From the NCBI GenBank assembly GCA_037481655.1, contig JBBFLF010000005.1, positions 76,193 to 140,192 of the forward strand: 64,000 nt of DNA. The letters run 5' to 3'. Positions 50,806 to 59,188 of the stretch are shown in pieces (the first letter of the stretch is position 1; every line of letters begins with the position of its first letter). The notes under the pieces are model-generated. The model had not been told where the DNA came from. It was given only the letters and a program-made list of their open reading frames with translations, and made no database searches. This stretch comes from Desulfobaccales bacterium. GTDB lineage: Bacteria > Desulfobacterota > Desulfobaccia > Desulfobaccales > 0-14-0-80-60-11. Made by a program: the position numbers and the translations under genes.

Positions 50806-50882
50806 TGGTAGCGGGGGGTGGATTTGAACCACCGACCTTCGGGTTATGAGCCCGACGAGCTTCCAGGCTGCTCCACCCCGCG
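50806..50882 (-). tRNA. Initiator tRNA-fMet (CAT), CCA encoded
   Basis: 77-nt cloverleaf CGCGGGGTGGAGCAGCCTGGAAGCTCGTCGGGCTCATAACCCGAAGGTCGGTGGTTCAAATCCACCCCCCGCTACCA. 1:72 C-U mismatch and three G:C pairs closing the anticodon stem. Confidence 0.9.
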
Positions 50883-51469
50883 GCATCTAAACATATTATA
50901 CCTCATCTTCCGACAACGTCAACCGTTCTCGGGAAAAAAGGCACAAAAATCCCTTTTCCGGCATGTACTGGTAGTTTTCGCCTCGCTCCCTTGCGCATTC
51001 ATTCAGGCTTAAAGATATCCCGGCTCCTGTGGTGAGCGAAGGCGGCACCAGGAAAGCAGGCGGCGCGGGCCAGATATTCCTGGATGTCGATGACAATCTC
51101 GCCGTGGGTGCCCATGTCGATGTCCATGGTTAGCGCAAATCCCTTGCTTCCCGTTCGACCCGGGAACAGGGTCCCCCCCCTTAAACCCCCGGAAGCGATC
51201 GCACCCACCGCCGAAACTCTTCCCTTCACTGGTCATCCGAGCGGTAACAATCTGCTTGCCATGGCCCTCGTCCGGCAAGACCGGGACCTGCCGAGGTAAT
51301 CAGCGGCTTCATCGCCCCTGCAGGGAGGTCCTTTCTGAGGCCTATCCCCAAGACTCCCTAGCCTCGCCAGGCCCGAAGTCTCCAAGTTGATTAAGCTTGA
51401 GCCGACATCTCCGGTGGAGGAAGTATCTGTTTACCGGGGAAAATCCCCTCTGAAGAGGTTTCTCAGAGT

Positions 51470-52705
51470 TTACACCCCGTTGAGTAGCGGCGCCCCGGTT
51501 TCCCCTGCCCGCCTGAGGTCCTCCTCCACGTGGGGCACCGCGGCCAGGAAAAAAGCCCCGGCCAGCACCAGGGCCACCAGGGTCAGGGCCACCCCGGCGG
51601 TAAGATGCCAGACGTCCGCCACCAGCCCGATGAGAAAGGGGGAGGGCACATCCCCCACCAAGTGGATGACGATGATGTTCAGGGCCACCGCCCGGGCCCG
51701 GCGGGCCGGTCCGGCCACACTCACCACCACCGCGGTGAGGAGACCGGGGTTAAGAAAGAGCAAAAAGATGGCCCCCACAATCCCTGGAATATACAGCTCG
51801 GGGGCGGCGGCGAAAATGGCCAGGGCTCCCAGAGGCAAAGCGAAAAGGGCTCCCCCGGCGCTGAGCCACAAAGGCGCATGGGCCCGGCGGGCCATGAGCC
51901 GACTCCCCAGATAGCCCCCGATGACCGTCCCCAGCCCGCCGGCCACGGTCACCGCGCCGAAGAGGAGATAATTGGCCTGGGCCAGGCTCAGGCCTTTGGC
52001 CACCTCCAGGAAGCGGGGCATCCAGAAGGCCAGGCCTCCCAAAGTGAAAGTGGTCATGCCGTAGCCCAGCATCAGCCTCCTGAGGGTGGGCACCCGCCAC
52101 AGGGCCAGGAAGGAGGCCTGGGGGTCAATGGCCTTTTCCGGGTTGGTGGGAGGAGCCAGCGCCGCCGCCGGCAGCCGGGTCACCGACCAGGCCAGAAGCA
52201 GACCCGGCACGCCCCCCAACAGAAAGACGGGCCGCCAGCCGAAGCGGCTTCCCAGAAACCCCCCGGCCAGATAAGCCAGGGCCGCCCCCACGGGAATGGC
52301 CAGGTAGAAAATGCCCAATGCGGCGCTGCGGCGGTTCAGGGGCAGGCGGTCGGCCATGTAGGCCGGGGCCAGGGTGCCAAAGGAGGCCTCCCCCACCCCC
52401 ACCAAGCCCCGGGTGAGCACCAGCCAGGGGTAGGAGCTCACCCAGGCGGTAAGGCTGGTGGCCACCGACCACAAGGCGGCGCCGGCGGCCATGAGCCGCA
52501 GACGGCCGTAGCGGTCCCCCAGCCAGCCGAAGAGGGGGGAGGTCACCAGATAGACCAGGAAAAAGGCGGTGCCCAGAAACCCATAGGCCCGCCCGCTCAA
52601 GCTGAGCTCTTCCTTGATGAGGCTGGCCAGAGCGGCCAGGAGATACCGGTCCAGGTAATCCAGGAGGTTGAGGCCGGTGAGGAGCAGGAGGGCGCGGGTT
52701 CCCAT
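51470..52705 (-). CDS. MFS transporter
   Basis: 411 aa, 12 TM-like segments, motif A-like GWLGDRYGRLR. Confidence 0.8.
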   Translation of the reverse strand: MGTRALLLLTGLNLLDYLDRYLLAALASLIKEELSLSGRAYGFLGTAFFLVYLVTSPLFGWLGDRYGRLRLMAAGAALWSVATSLTAWVSSYPWLVLTRGLVGVGEASFGTLAPAYMADRLPLNRRSAALGIFYLAIPVGAALAYLAGGFLGSRFGWRPVFLLGGVPGLLLAWSVTRLPAAALAPPTNPEKAIDPQASFLALWRVPTLRRLMLGYGMTTFTLGGLAFWMPRFLEVAKGLSLAQANYLLFGAVTVAGGLGTVIGGYLGSRLMARRAHAPLWLSAGGALFALPLGALAIFAAAPELYIPGIVGAIFLLFLNPGLLTAVVVSVAGPARRARAVALNIIVIHLVGDVPSPFLIGLVADVWHLTAGVALTLVALVLAGAFFLAAVPHVEEDLRRAGETGAPLLNGV

Positions 52706-52834
52706 GGGCGTGAAGGGGAGGAGCTGAGAGCTTTAAGCGGGCCAATGAGCTGCTTCGGGAGCCAGGGCAGCAGCCGGCATCCGGGATCGGCCCCCGCAAT
52801 TCTGACCGCGCACACCCCCCTTCCCGATGCCCGG

Positions 52835-53203
52835 TCAGGACAGCCGGATGAAGACCGTTTCCCGCTCCGCTTCGCCGGTGAGGAGGGATTCCCGGCCGTC
52901 CTCGGAGACAAAGCGCTTCAAGGGAAACTCCTCCCCGGGAAACCAGTCGATGGCGAAGACATAACCGCCGTCCCGCCGCCTGAGCACGAGATGTGCCGGT
53001 TCTTCCTCCTCTTCTTTCAGGGGATAGAGGAGATACAGGGTGTAGCTGGCCTCCCCGCCCACCTCCTCCCCCCGGTCCCGGCGGCCGGTCCAAAGCTCAA
53101 AGCCCTCGCCAAACAGCCCCGAAAGCCAATAGAGCTGGATGAAGTCGTGGGGGAAATCCAGAGCCGGCTGCCGGGAAGCGGCCTGAGCCTCTTCCCGGGT
53201 CAT
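52835..53203 (-). CDS. Acidic hypothetical protein translationally coupled to frdB
   Basis: 122 aa. Its ATG overlaps the frdB TGA (ATGA at 53200-53203). No recognisable motifs. Confidence 0.5.
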   Translation of the reverse strand: MTREEAQAASRQPALDFPHDFIQLYWLSGLFGEGFELWTGRRDRGEEVGGEASYTLYLLYPLKEEEEEPAHLVLRRRDGGYVFAIDWFPGEEFPLKRFVSEDGRESLLTGEAERETVFIRLS

Positions 53204-53931
53204 TTGCCCTTAAGCCCCGCCCAGGCCATCTTGCGGCGCACCAAGGCCAGCTGCTGCTGCAAGGGGATCTCCATGGGGCAGATGTCATCACAGGCCATCA
53301 GCCCGATGCAGCCAAAGACGCCTTCATCAGTGCCCACCACCTCAAAGACCTGCCAAGGGGAGCGCTCATCCCGGGGGTCAATGAGGAACCGGGCAATGCG
53401 GTTCAAGCCCGCCGCGCCCACAAAATCGGCCCGCATATTGGCGGTGGCGCATGCAGCAATGCAGGAGCCGCACTCAATGCAACGCTCCGCCTCATAAATC
53501 TCCTGGGCCAAAGCGTTGTCCATGCGCTCTTCCTGGGCCTTGGGGTCAAAGTCCTTGTCCGTGTGGATCCAGGCCTCCAGATTCTCATTCAACTGCCGAA
53601 ACCACACCCCGGTGTCCACCGACAGATCCCCCACCAACTTGAAGACCGGCAAGGGCATCAGGGTGATGCGATCCGGCAGATCCTGCGTCAAAGTCTTGCA
53701 CGCCAACCCCGGCCGCCCATTGATCAACATGCCGCAGGAGCCACACACCGCCGCCCGGCAGACAAAATCAAACATCAAGGACGGATCCTGCTCCTCCCGG
53801 AGGCGATTCAAGGCAATAAACAACGTCATGTTGGGCGTCTCGTCCAACTGAAACTCCTGCATCCGGGGCGCAATCTCCGGGGTGGCCGGATTGTAACGGA
53901 AAATACTGAAAGTCAACAACCGCTCAGCCAT
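53200..53931 (-). CDS. frdB: Fumarate reductase/succinate dehydrogenase iron-sulfur subunit
   Basis: 243 aa from the internal ATG. Cys clusters CRAAVCGSCGMLING, CIECGSCIAAC and CIGLMACDDICP. Confidence 0.9.
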   Translation of the reverse strand: MAERLLTFSIFRYNPATPEIAPRMQEFQLDETPNMTLFIALNRLREEQDPSLMFDFVCRAAVCGSCGMLINGRPGLACKTLTQDLPDRITLMPLPVFKLVGDLSVDTGVWFRQLNENLEAWIHTDKDFDPKAQEERMDNALAQEIYEAERCIECGSCIAACATANMRADFVGAAGLNRIARFLIDPRDERSPWQVFEVVGTDEGVFGCIGLMACDDICPMEIPLQQQLALVRRKMAWAGLKGK

Positions 53932-53956
53932 GACCGCGTTCCTTTGGTGGCAGTGT

Positions 53957-54085
53957 TGGGGGAGGGGGCCAGGGGGCGCAGCCCCCTGCCCCCTCCCCCA
54001 AGCCCCCGCCCCCAACCCCATAATGGGGGTTGGGGAGGGGGGCCGGGGGAGGGCGGGGGAACGAGTTCCCCCGGCCCTCCCCCGG
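53957..54085. repeat. Three tandem GC-rich palindromic (REP-like) hairpins in the frdA-frdB spacer
   Basis: Stems 53958-53977/53981-53999, 54010-54019/54026-54035 and 54043-54062/54066-54085, each about 10-20 bp. Confidence 0.7.
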
Positions 54086-54089
54086 TTAC

Positions 54090-55898
54090 CTACTTGATGG
54101 GCATCGTGCCGTAGCCCCGGTCGCCGGGGGGCAGTTCGGTGATTTTCACCGGTTCGTAGTCGATGTGAGGCATGCTGGCGCCGGGGGGCCAGGTGGCCAG
54201 GGTGCGTTTCAGCCAGTTGACGTCGTCCCGCTTCGGGTAATCCTCCCGGTAGTGGCTGCCCCGGCTTTCGGTGCGCAGCAAAGCGCCTTGGGCGATGCAC
54301 AGGGCCAGGCGCAGCATCCCCGGCAGGCGCAAGGCGCTGAAGAGTTCGGGGTTGGGTCCCAGGCCGCTGGAGCGCAGGCGCAGGTCCTGGGAGCGCTGGT
54401 AGAGCTCCTGGAGGGTGGTGACGGCCTGCTGCAGGCCCTCGCCGGTGCGGAAGATGCCCACGTGCTCCAGGAGGGTCTCTTCCATCTTCTTGCGGAGTTC
54501 GTAAACGTTTTCGCTGCCGGAGGCCCGCCGGCGCAAGCTCTCAATGCGGGCGGCCTGGGCGGCCAGGTGGTCCTCCACCACGGAGAAGGGGAAGGTCAGC
54601 GGCGCCTCCTGGACGAATTCCGCCACTTTCTCGCCCACCACCATGCCGGCCACAATGGTTTCGGCCAGGGAGTTGCCGCCCAGGCGGTTGAAGCCGTGGA
54701 GGTCCCAGCAGGCGGCCTCGCCGGCGGCGTAAAGGCGCGTCAGGCCCACGGCCTCGCCGTGGATGTTGGTGCGCACCCCGCCCATGGAGTAGTGCTGGGT
54801 GGGCCGGACCGGAATGAGCTCCTGCACGCAGTTGATGCCCAGGAAGTTGGCGCAGATGGTGAAAACTTCCCGGAGGTTGGTGCAGATGTGGGCCTCCCCC
54901 AGGTGGCGCAGGTCCAGCCACAGGTGGGGGCCGTAAGGGGATTCCACCCCGTAGCCCTTGCGCATGTGGTGCACCATCCAGCGGCTGACCACGTCCCGGG
55001 AAGCCACCTCCTTTTTCACCGGCTCATAGTCGGGCATGAAACGGTGCAGGTTTTTGTCCAGGAGGTAGCCGCCGTCGCCCCGGCAGCCCTCGGTGACCAG
55101 GATGCCGGCGGGGACAATGCCGGTGGGGTGGAACTGCACCGCCTCCATGTTGCCCAGAGGCACCACGCCGGTGTCCAGGGCGATGGCCATGCCGGTGCCC
55201 TCGTTGATCACCGCGTTGGTGGAAACCCCGTACATGCGGCCGTAGCCGCCGGTGGCGATGACCGTGGCCTTGGCGAGGTAGGGCCGAAGCTCCCCGGTGC
55301 GCAGGCTCAGGACCACGGCGCCGTAGCATTCCTTGCCGTCGTGGATGAGGGCGATGGCCTCGGCCCGGTCGTGCACGGTGATGCCCAGCTTCACCACCAC
55401 CGAGTCCATGGCGTACTGGAGGACGTGGCCGGTGCCGTCGGAGGCGAAGCAGGTGCGCCACTTGGCGGTGCCGCCGAACTGGCGCTGGGCGATGAGCCCG
55501 GCCTTTTCGGGGAGCTCCTCCACCTCCACGCCGTCGGGGAGGGTGCGCTTGCCCGGCACCACCCGGGACCAGGGCACGCCCCACTGGGCCATCTGGCGCA
55601 CCGCCACCGGGGCCAGCTCCACGAAGAGGCGGGCCACCTCCTGGTCGCAGCCCCAATCCGAGCCCTTGACGGTGTCTTCGAAATGGATGTCGGGGTTGTC
55701 GCCGTAGCCCATGGCCACATTGCCGAGGCTGGCCTGCATGCCGCCTTGGGCTGCGGTGCTGTGGGAGCGCCGGGGCGGCACCAGGCTGAGGATGGTGACC
55801 GTGTGGCCGCGGCTGGCGGCCTCGATGGCCACCCGTTCGCCGGCCAGACCGGCGCCGATTACCAGAACGTCAGAGAGATGGGCCTCAGACCACTTCAT
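54090..55898 (-). CDS. frdA: Fumarate reductase/succinate dehydrogenase flavoprotein subunit
   Basis: 602 aa. FAD fold DVLVIGAGLAGERVA, covalent-FAD His region (RSHSTAAQGG), catalytic HPTG and RGDGG motifs. Confidence 0.95.
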   Translation of the reverse strand: MKWSEAHLSDVLVIGAGLAGERVAIEAASRGHTVTILSLVPPRRSHSTAAQGGMQASLGNVAMGYGDNPDIHFEDTVKGSDWGCDQEVARLFVELAPVAVRQMAQWGVPWSRVVPGKRTLPDGVEVEELPEKAGLIAQRQFGGTAKWRTCFASDGTGHVLQYAMDSVVVKLGITVHDRAEAIALIHDGKECYGAVVLSLRTGELRPYLAKATVIATGGYGRMYGVSTNAVINEGTGMAIALDTGVVPLGNMEAVQFHPTGIVPAGILVTEGCRGDGGYLLDKNLHRFMPDYEPVKKEVASRDVVSRWMVHHMRKGYGVESPYGPHLWLDLRHLGEAHICTNLREVFTICANFLGINCVQELIPVRPTQHYSMGGVRTNIHGEAVGLTRLYAAGEAACWDLHGFNRLGGNSLAETIVAGMVVGEKVAEFVQEAPLTFPFSVVEDHLAAQAARIESLRRRASGSENVYELRKKMEETLLEHVGIFRTGEGLQQAVTTLQELYQRSQDLRLRSSGLGPNPELFSALRLPGMLRLALCIAQGALLRTESRGSHYREDYPKRDDVNWLKRTLATWPPGASMPHIDYEPVKITELPPGDRGYGTMPIK

Positions 55899-55899
55899 G

Positions 55900-56577
55900 T
55901 CAGACCTTTACCGAAGTGAAATAAAAGACCACCAGGGCCACAAAGCCCAGGGCCACCAACCCGAGGGTGGCATACACCAGATACTTGGTGAACTTCTGGC
56001 GATGTACCCAGCTCCACTTCACCAGGATGCGGTACAGGCCCAGCATGGCGTGGATCTCCGCCAAAAGCAGCAGGGCCAGGAGCAGGGAGAAGTGGCCGGA
56101 CTGGACCCTAAGGGCGCTTTTGGCCGCCTCGATGGGCCAGGTGGAGAGGGTGGACCAGATGTGGATGGCGGAGAGCACCAGCACTCCCAGGCCGGTGAGG
56201 ATCTGGGCCAGCCAGGCCCAGGTGTCCAGGTGCTGCAGGCGGCGGGAATGCTGGAGGAAGATGCGCATCTCCTCCACCCGCCAGGGCGCCTTGCGCATGG
56301 CCGCCAGGCCGTGCACGAGGATGGCCAGGATCACCAGAGGGATGCCGATGTAGGAGATGTAGTATTCATCCAGGAAATGGGAATCCCGGTTGAAGGTCTC
56401 CTGCCCCAGGATAATGCTGGAGACCGCGAAGAGATGAAACTGCAGGAAGCCCAAAAGAAAGAGGCCGGTGAAGAGTTCCACCAGCTCCGTGCCGGCTTCC
56501 CAGCGGGGGCTTTTGGCCAAAGTCTTCTGGAGATACACGGGGGCACCTTGCTGACAGGAATTAAAGAAAACTGGCAC
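55900..56577 (-). CDS. frdC: Diheme cytochrome b membrane anchor (type B FrdC/SdhC); true start may be the GTG at 56538
   Basis: Five TM segments with conserved His residues. Ends 1 nt before frdA. AAGGTG RBS precedes the internal GTG. Confidence 0.75.
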   Translation of the reverse strand: MPVFFNSCQQGAPVYLQKTLAKSPRWEAGTELVELFTGLFLLGFLQFHLFAVSSIILGQETFNRDSHFLDEYYISYIGIPLVILAILVHGLAAMRKAPWRVEEMRIFLQHSRRLQHLDTWAWLAQILTGLGVLVLSAIHIWSTLSTWPIEAAKSALRVQSGHFSLLLALLLLAEIHAMLGLYRILVKWSWVHRQKFTKYLVYATLGLVALGFVALVVFYFTSVKV

Positions 56578-56585
56578 AGTTGGAA

Positions 56586-56614
56586 AATCTATCCTGGCCG
56601 GAAGGGTTCGTCAA
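56586..56614 (-). promoter_or_regulatory. Possible sigma70-like promoter for frdCAB (TTGACG-N17-TAGATT)
   Basis: Minus-strand hexamers just upstream of frdC. Confidence 0.35.
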
Positions 56615-56702
56615 GGGGCGGGGGGATTTTTCCCGACAGGCCAGAGGGCCTGGGCCTCTCCTCCCCCTTGCATTCCGGCGGGGAACGGGATATGAGAGGG
56701 GC

Positions 56703-57725
56703 ATGGGTGAGAAAGGAAAAAAGGCCAAGACCGCGCCCCTGCCGGCGGAGGCGGCCCGCTGGCTGGCCATCGCCAGGGAGGTCCTGGAGGCCGAGGCCCA
56801 GGCCATCCTCAAGGTGGCGGAGCGCCTCAGTGACAGCCTGGCCCAGGCCGTGGCCCTGATTTTGGCCCACCCCGGCAAGGTGGTGGTGAGCGGCATCGGC
56901 AAGTCCGGGGCCATCGCCCACAAGATCGCCGCCACCCTGGCCAGCACCGGCACCCCGGCGGTCTTTCTGCACGCCGCCGAGGCGGTGCACGGGGACCTGG
57001 GCATCTACACCCCCGGGGACCCCAGCCTCCTCATCTCCAAAAGCGGCGCCACCGCCGAGCTCTTGCGCCTCATCCCGGTGCTAAGGCGCTTCCGCTCGCC
57101 CCTCATCGCCCTGGTGGGGAACCTGAACAGCCCCCTGGCCCGGGAGGCGGACGTGGTCCTGGACGCCCGGGTGGAGCGGGAGGCGGACACCCTGAACCTT
57201 GCCCCCACCTGCAGCACCACCGCCGCCCTGGCCCTGGGGGACGCCCTGGCGGTGGCCCTGATGCATGCCCGCAACTTCACCCGAGACGACTTCGCCCGCT
57301 ACCACCCCGCCGGCCAACTGGGCCGCAACCTGTGGCTCACGGTGGCCGACGTCATGCACCGGGGGGAGGCGGTGGCCTGGGTAGGGCCGGAGACCCCCCT
57401 GCGCCAGGTGATCATCGCCATGACGGAGCGCCCCCTGGGGGCCGCCTGCGTGGTGGATGAGGCGGGGAATCTCCTGGGGCTGATCACCGACGGGGATTTG
57501 CGCCGGGCCCTGATCACCCGCCAGGATATTCGGGGGGTGAAGGCCCAGGAGATCATGACCGCCCGGCCCACCACCATCACCCCCGGGGCCAGCCTCAAGG
57601 AGGCGGCCCAGCTCATGGAGGACCGGCCCTCCCAGATTTCGGTCCTGCCGGTGGTGGAGCCCCACAGCCGGCGCTGCCTGGGGCTCATCCGTATCCACGA
57701 CATCTACCAGCCCGAGCTGATCTGA
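56703..57725 (+). CDS. kdsD: Arabinose-5-phosphate isomerase (KpsF/GutQ family; SIS + tandem CBS)
   Basis: 340 aa from the internal ATG. GKVVVSGIGKSGAIAHKIAATLASTG SIS motif and C-terminal CBS pair. Confidence 0.85.
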   Translation: MGEKGKKAKTAPLPAEAARWLAIAREVLEAEAQAILKVAERLSDSLAQAVALILAHPGKVVVSGIGKSGAIAHKIAATLASTGTPAVFLHAAEAVHGDLGIYTPGDPSLLISKSGATAELLRLIPVLRRFRSPLIALVGNLNSPLAREADVVLDARVEREADTLNLAPTCSTTAALALGDALAVALMHARNFTRDDFARYHPAGQLGRNLWLTVADVMHRGEAVAWVGPETPLRQVIIAMTERPLGAACVVDEAGNLLGLITDGDLRRALITRQDIRGVKAQEIMTARPTTITPGASLKEAAQLMEDRPSQISVLPVVEPHSRRCLGLIRIHDIYQPELI

Positions 57726-57730
57726 CGTGA

Positions 57731-57798
57731 GAGAGGGGGCCAGGGAGCGAGGCCCCCTGCCCCCTCTTCCACACCCTCTCCCCCCACCCCTTGTGGGG
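57731..57798. repeat. GC-rich palindromic element related to the frdA-frdB hairpin 1
   Basis: AGAGGGGGCCAGGG-agcgagg-CCCCCTGCCCCCTCT plus a CCCCACCCCTT..TGGGG unit between convergent kdsD and aroA. Confidence 0.6.
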
Positions 57799-57847
57799 CT
57801 TAAATCGTCGGCCTCTCTTTCAAGTCAGCCACCGGTGCCGAGGCTGA

Positions 57848-59116
57848 TCAGCCCTCCAGCTCCTGCCAGTAGCGCCAGAACTCCGGGAAGGACTTGGCCA
57901 CGCAGCCCGGATCCTCGATGACCACCCCGGGGACTTTCAGGCCCGCCACCGCGAAGCTCATGGCGATGCGATGGTCGTCATAGGTATGGATGATCGCGCC
58001 GTGAAGCGGCCGCCCGCCCCGGATGCGGAGGCCGTCTTCCATCTCCTCCACCTCCCCGCCCATCTTCCGGAGCTCCGTGGCCACCGCGGCCAGGCGGTCC
58101 GACTCCTTGTGGCGCAGATGGCCCACACCGGTGATCACCGTGTCGCCCTCGGCAAAGGCCGCCACCACCCCCAGGGTGGGCACCTGATCCGGCATATTGG
58201 CCATGTCCACGGTGATGCCGTGCAATGGGCCGCCCGCCACCGTCAGGCCCAGGGGCGAGCTTTCAATGTGACACCCCATGCGGGCCAGCACCGAAAGGAA
58301 ATCAATGTCGCCCTGGGTGGAATCCACGCTCAGGTTGGCCACCGTCACCCGGCCGCCGGTGACCGCGGCCGCGGCCCAGAAATAGGCGGCGCTGGAGGCG
58401 TCCCCCTCCACCGCATACTCCCGGGGCTCATAGGCCTGGCCGCCGGGCACCTGAAAGAAGCGGTAGCCCCGGCGGAAAAAGGAGATGCCAAAGGCGGCCA
58501 TCACCTCCAGGGTGAGGTCCACATAGGGCCGGGAGACCAGCTCGCCGGTGATCTCCACCTCCACTCCCAGGGGGGCCAAGGGCCCAATCAGGAGGAGGGC
58601 GGAGAGATACTGGCTGCTCACCTGCCCGGACAGGCGGGTGTGACCGCCGGTGAGGCCACCGTGGACGATGACCGGCGGGCAGCCGTCCCCCCTTTCCGAC
58701 TCGGCCTTGACTCCCAACAGCTTCAGGGCCGCCAGCAGTTCCCCCACCGGCCGTTCACAAAGGCGCGGGGTGCCGGTGAGGAGGTACTTTCCTTGTCCCA
58801 AGGAGACCAGGGCGGTAAAAAAGCGGTGGGAAGTGCCGGAGTTGCCGAAATAGAGGGGTTCGGTCACGGGCTTCAGGCGGCCGCCGGTGCCCCGGATGCG
58901 GACGGTGGCGTCCTCCCAGTCGATAACGGCCCCCAGCTTCCGGAGGGCCTGAGCGGTGAGCAGGGTGTCCTCGGCCACCAGGGCGTTGGTCACCAGGCTC
59001 TCGCCGGAAGCCAGGGCGCCGGCGATGAGGGCCCGATGGGTGAGGCTCTTGGAGCCCGGGAGGGACACGGTGGCCTCCACCTGGTCCCGGGGTCTAATTT
59101 CCCGCGTGATTTCCAT
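57848..59116 (-). CDS. aroA: 3-phosphoshikimate 1-carboxyvinyltransferase (EPSP synthase)
   Basis: 422 aa from MEITREI. LPGSKSLTHRALI, LFLGNSGTS-like (YFGNSGTSHRF) and DHRIAMSFAVAGL motifs. Confidence 0.9.
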   Translation of the reverse strand: MEITREIRPRDQVEATVSLPGSKSLTHRALIAGALASGESLVTNALVAEDTLLTAQALRKLGAVIDWEDATVRIRGTGGRLKPVTEPLYFGNSGTSHRFFTALVSLGQGKYLLTGTPRLCERPVGELLAALKLLGVKAESERGDGCPPVIVHGGLTGGHTRLSGQVSSQYLSALLLIGPLAPLGVEVEITGELVSRPYVDLTLEVMAAFGISFFRRGYRFFQVPGGQAYEPREYAVEGDASSAAYFWAAAAVTGGRVTVANLSVDSTQGDIDFLSVLARMGCHIESSPLGLTVAGGPLHGITVDMANMPDQVPTLGVVAAFAEGDTVITGVGHLRHKESDRLAAVATELRKMGGEVEEMEDGLRIRGGRPLHGAIIHTYDDHRIAMSFAVAGLKVPGVVIEDPGCVAKSFPEFWRYWQELEG

Positions 59117-59188
59117 ACATTCCCTTTCGGATGGGATAATGCGCCGGCCTCGCGATGAGGTCACCCCGCCGCCGCCTCTCCTTGGCCA

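Larger units (their letters stand above)
40607..50850. mobile_element. Degenerate tRNA-fMet-associated genomic islet (~10 kb) with no integrase detectable
   Basis: Bounded by direct tRNA-3'-half repeats. Contains truncated genes (Fic, two OMP fragments) and accessory cargo. AT-rich junction at 40.1-41.3 kb. Confidence 0.5.

Noticed and set aside
56572-56590. CTGGCACAGTTGGAAAA as a sigma54 promoter for kdsD
   Set aside because: It has a -24-like GG but no GC at -12. It is better explained as the 5' end and leader of frdC on the opposite strand.
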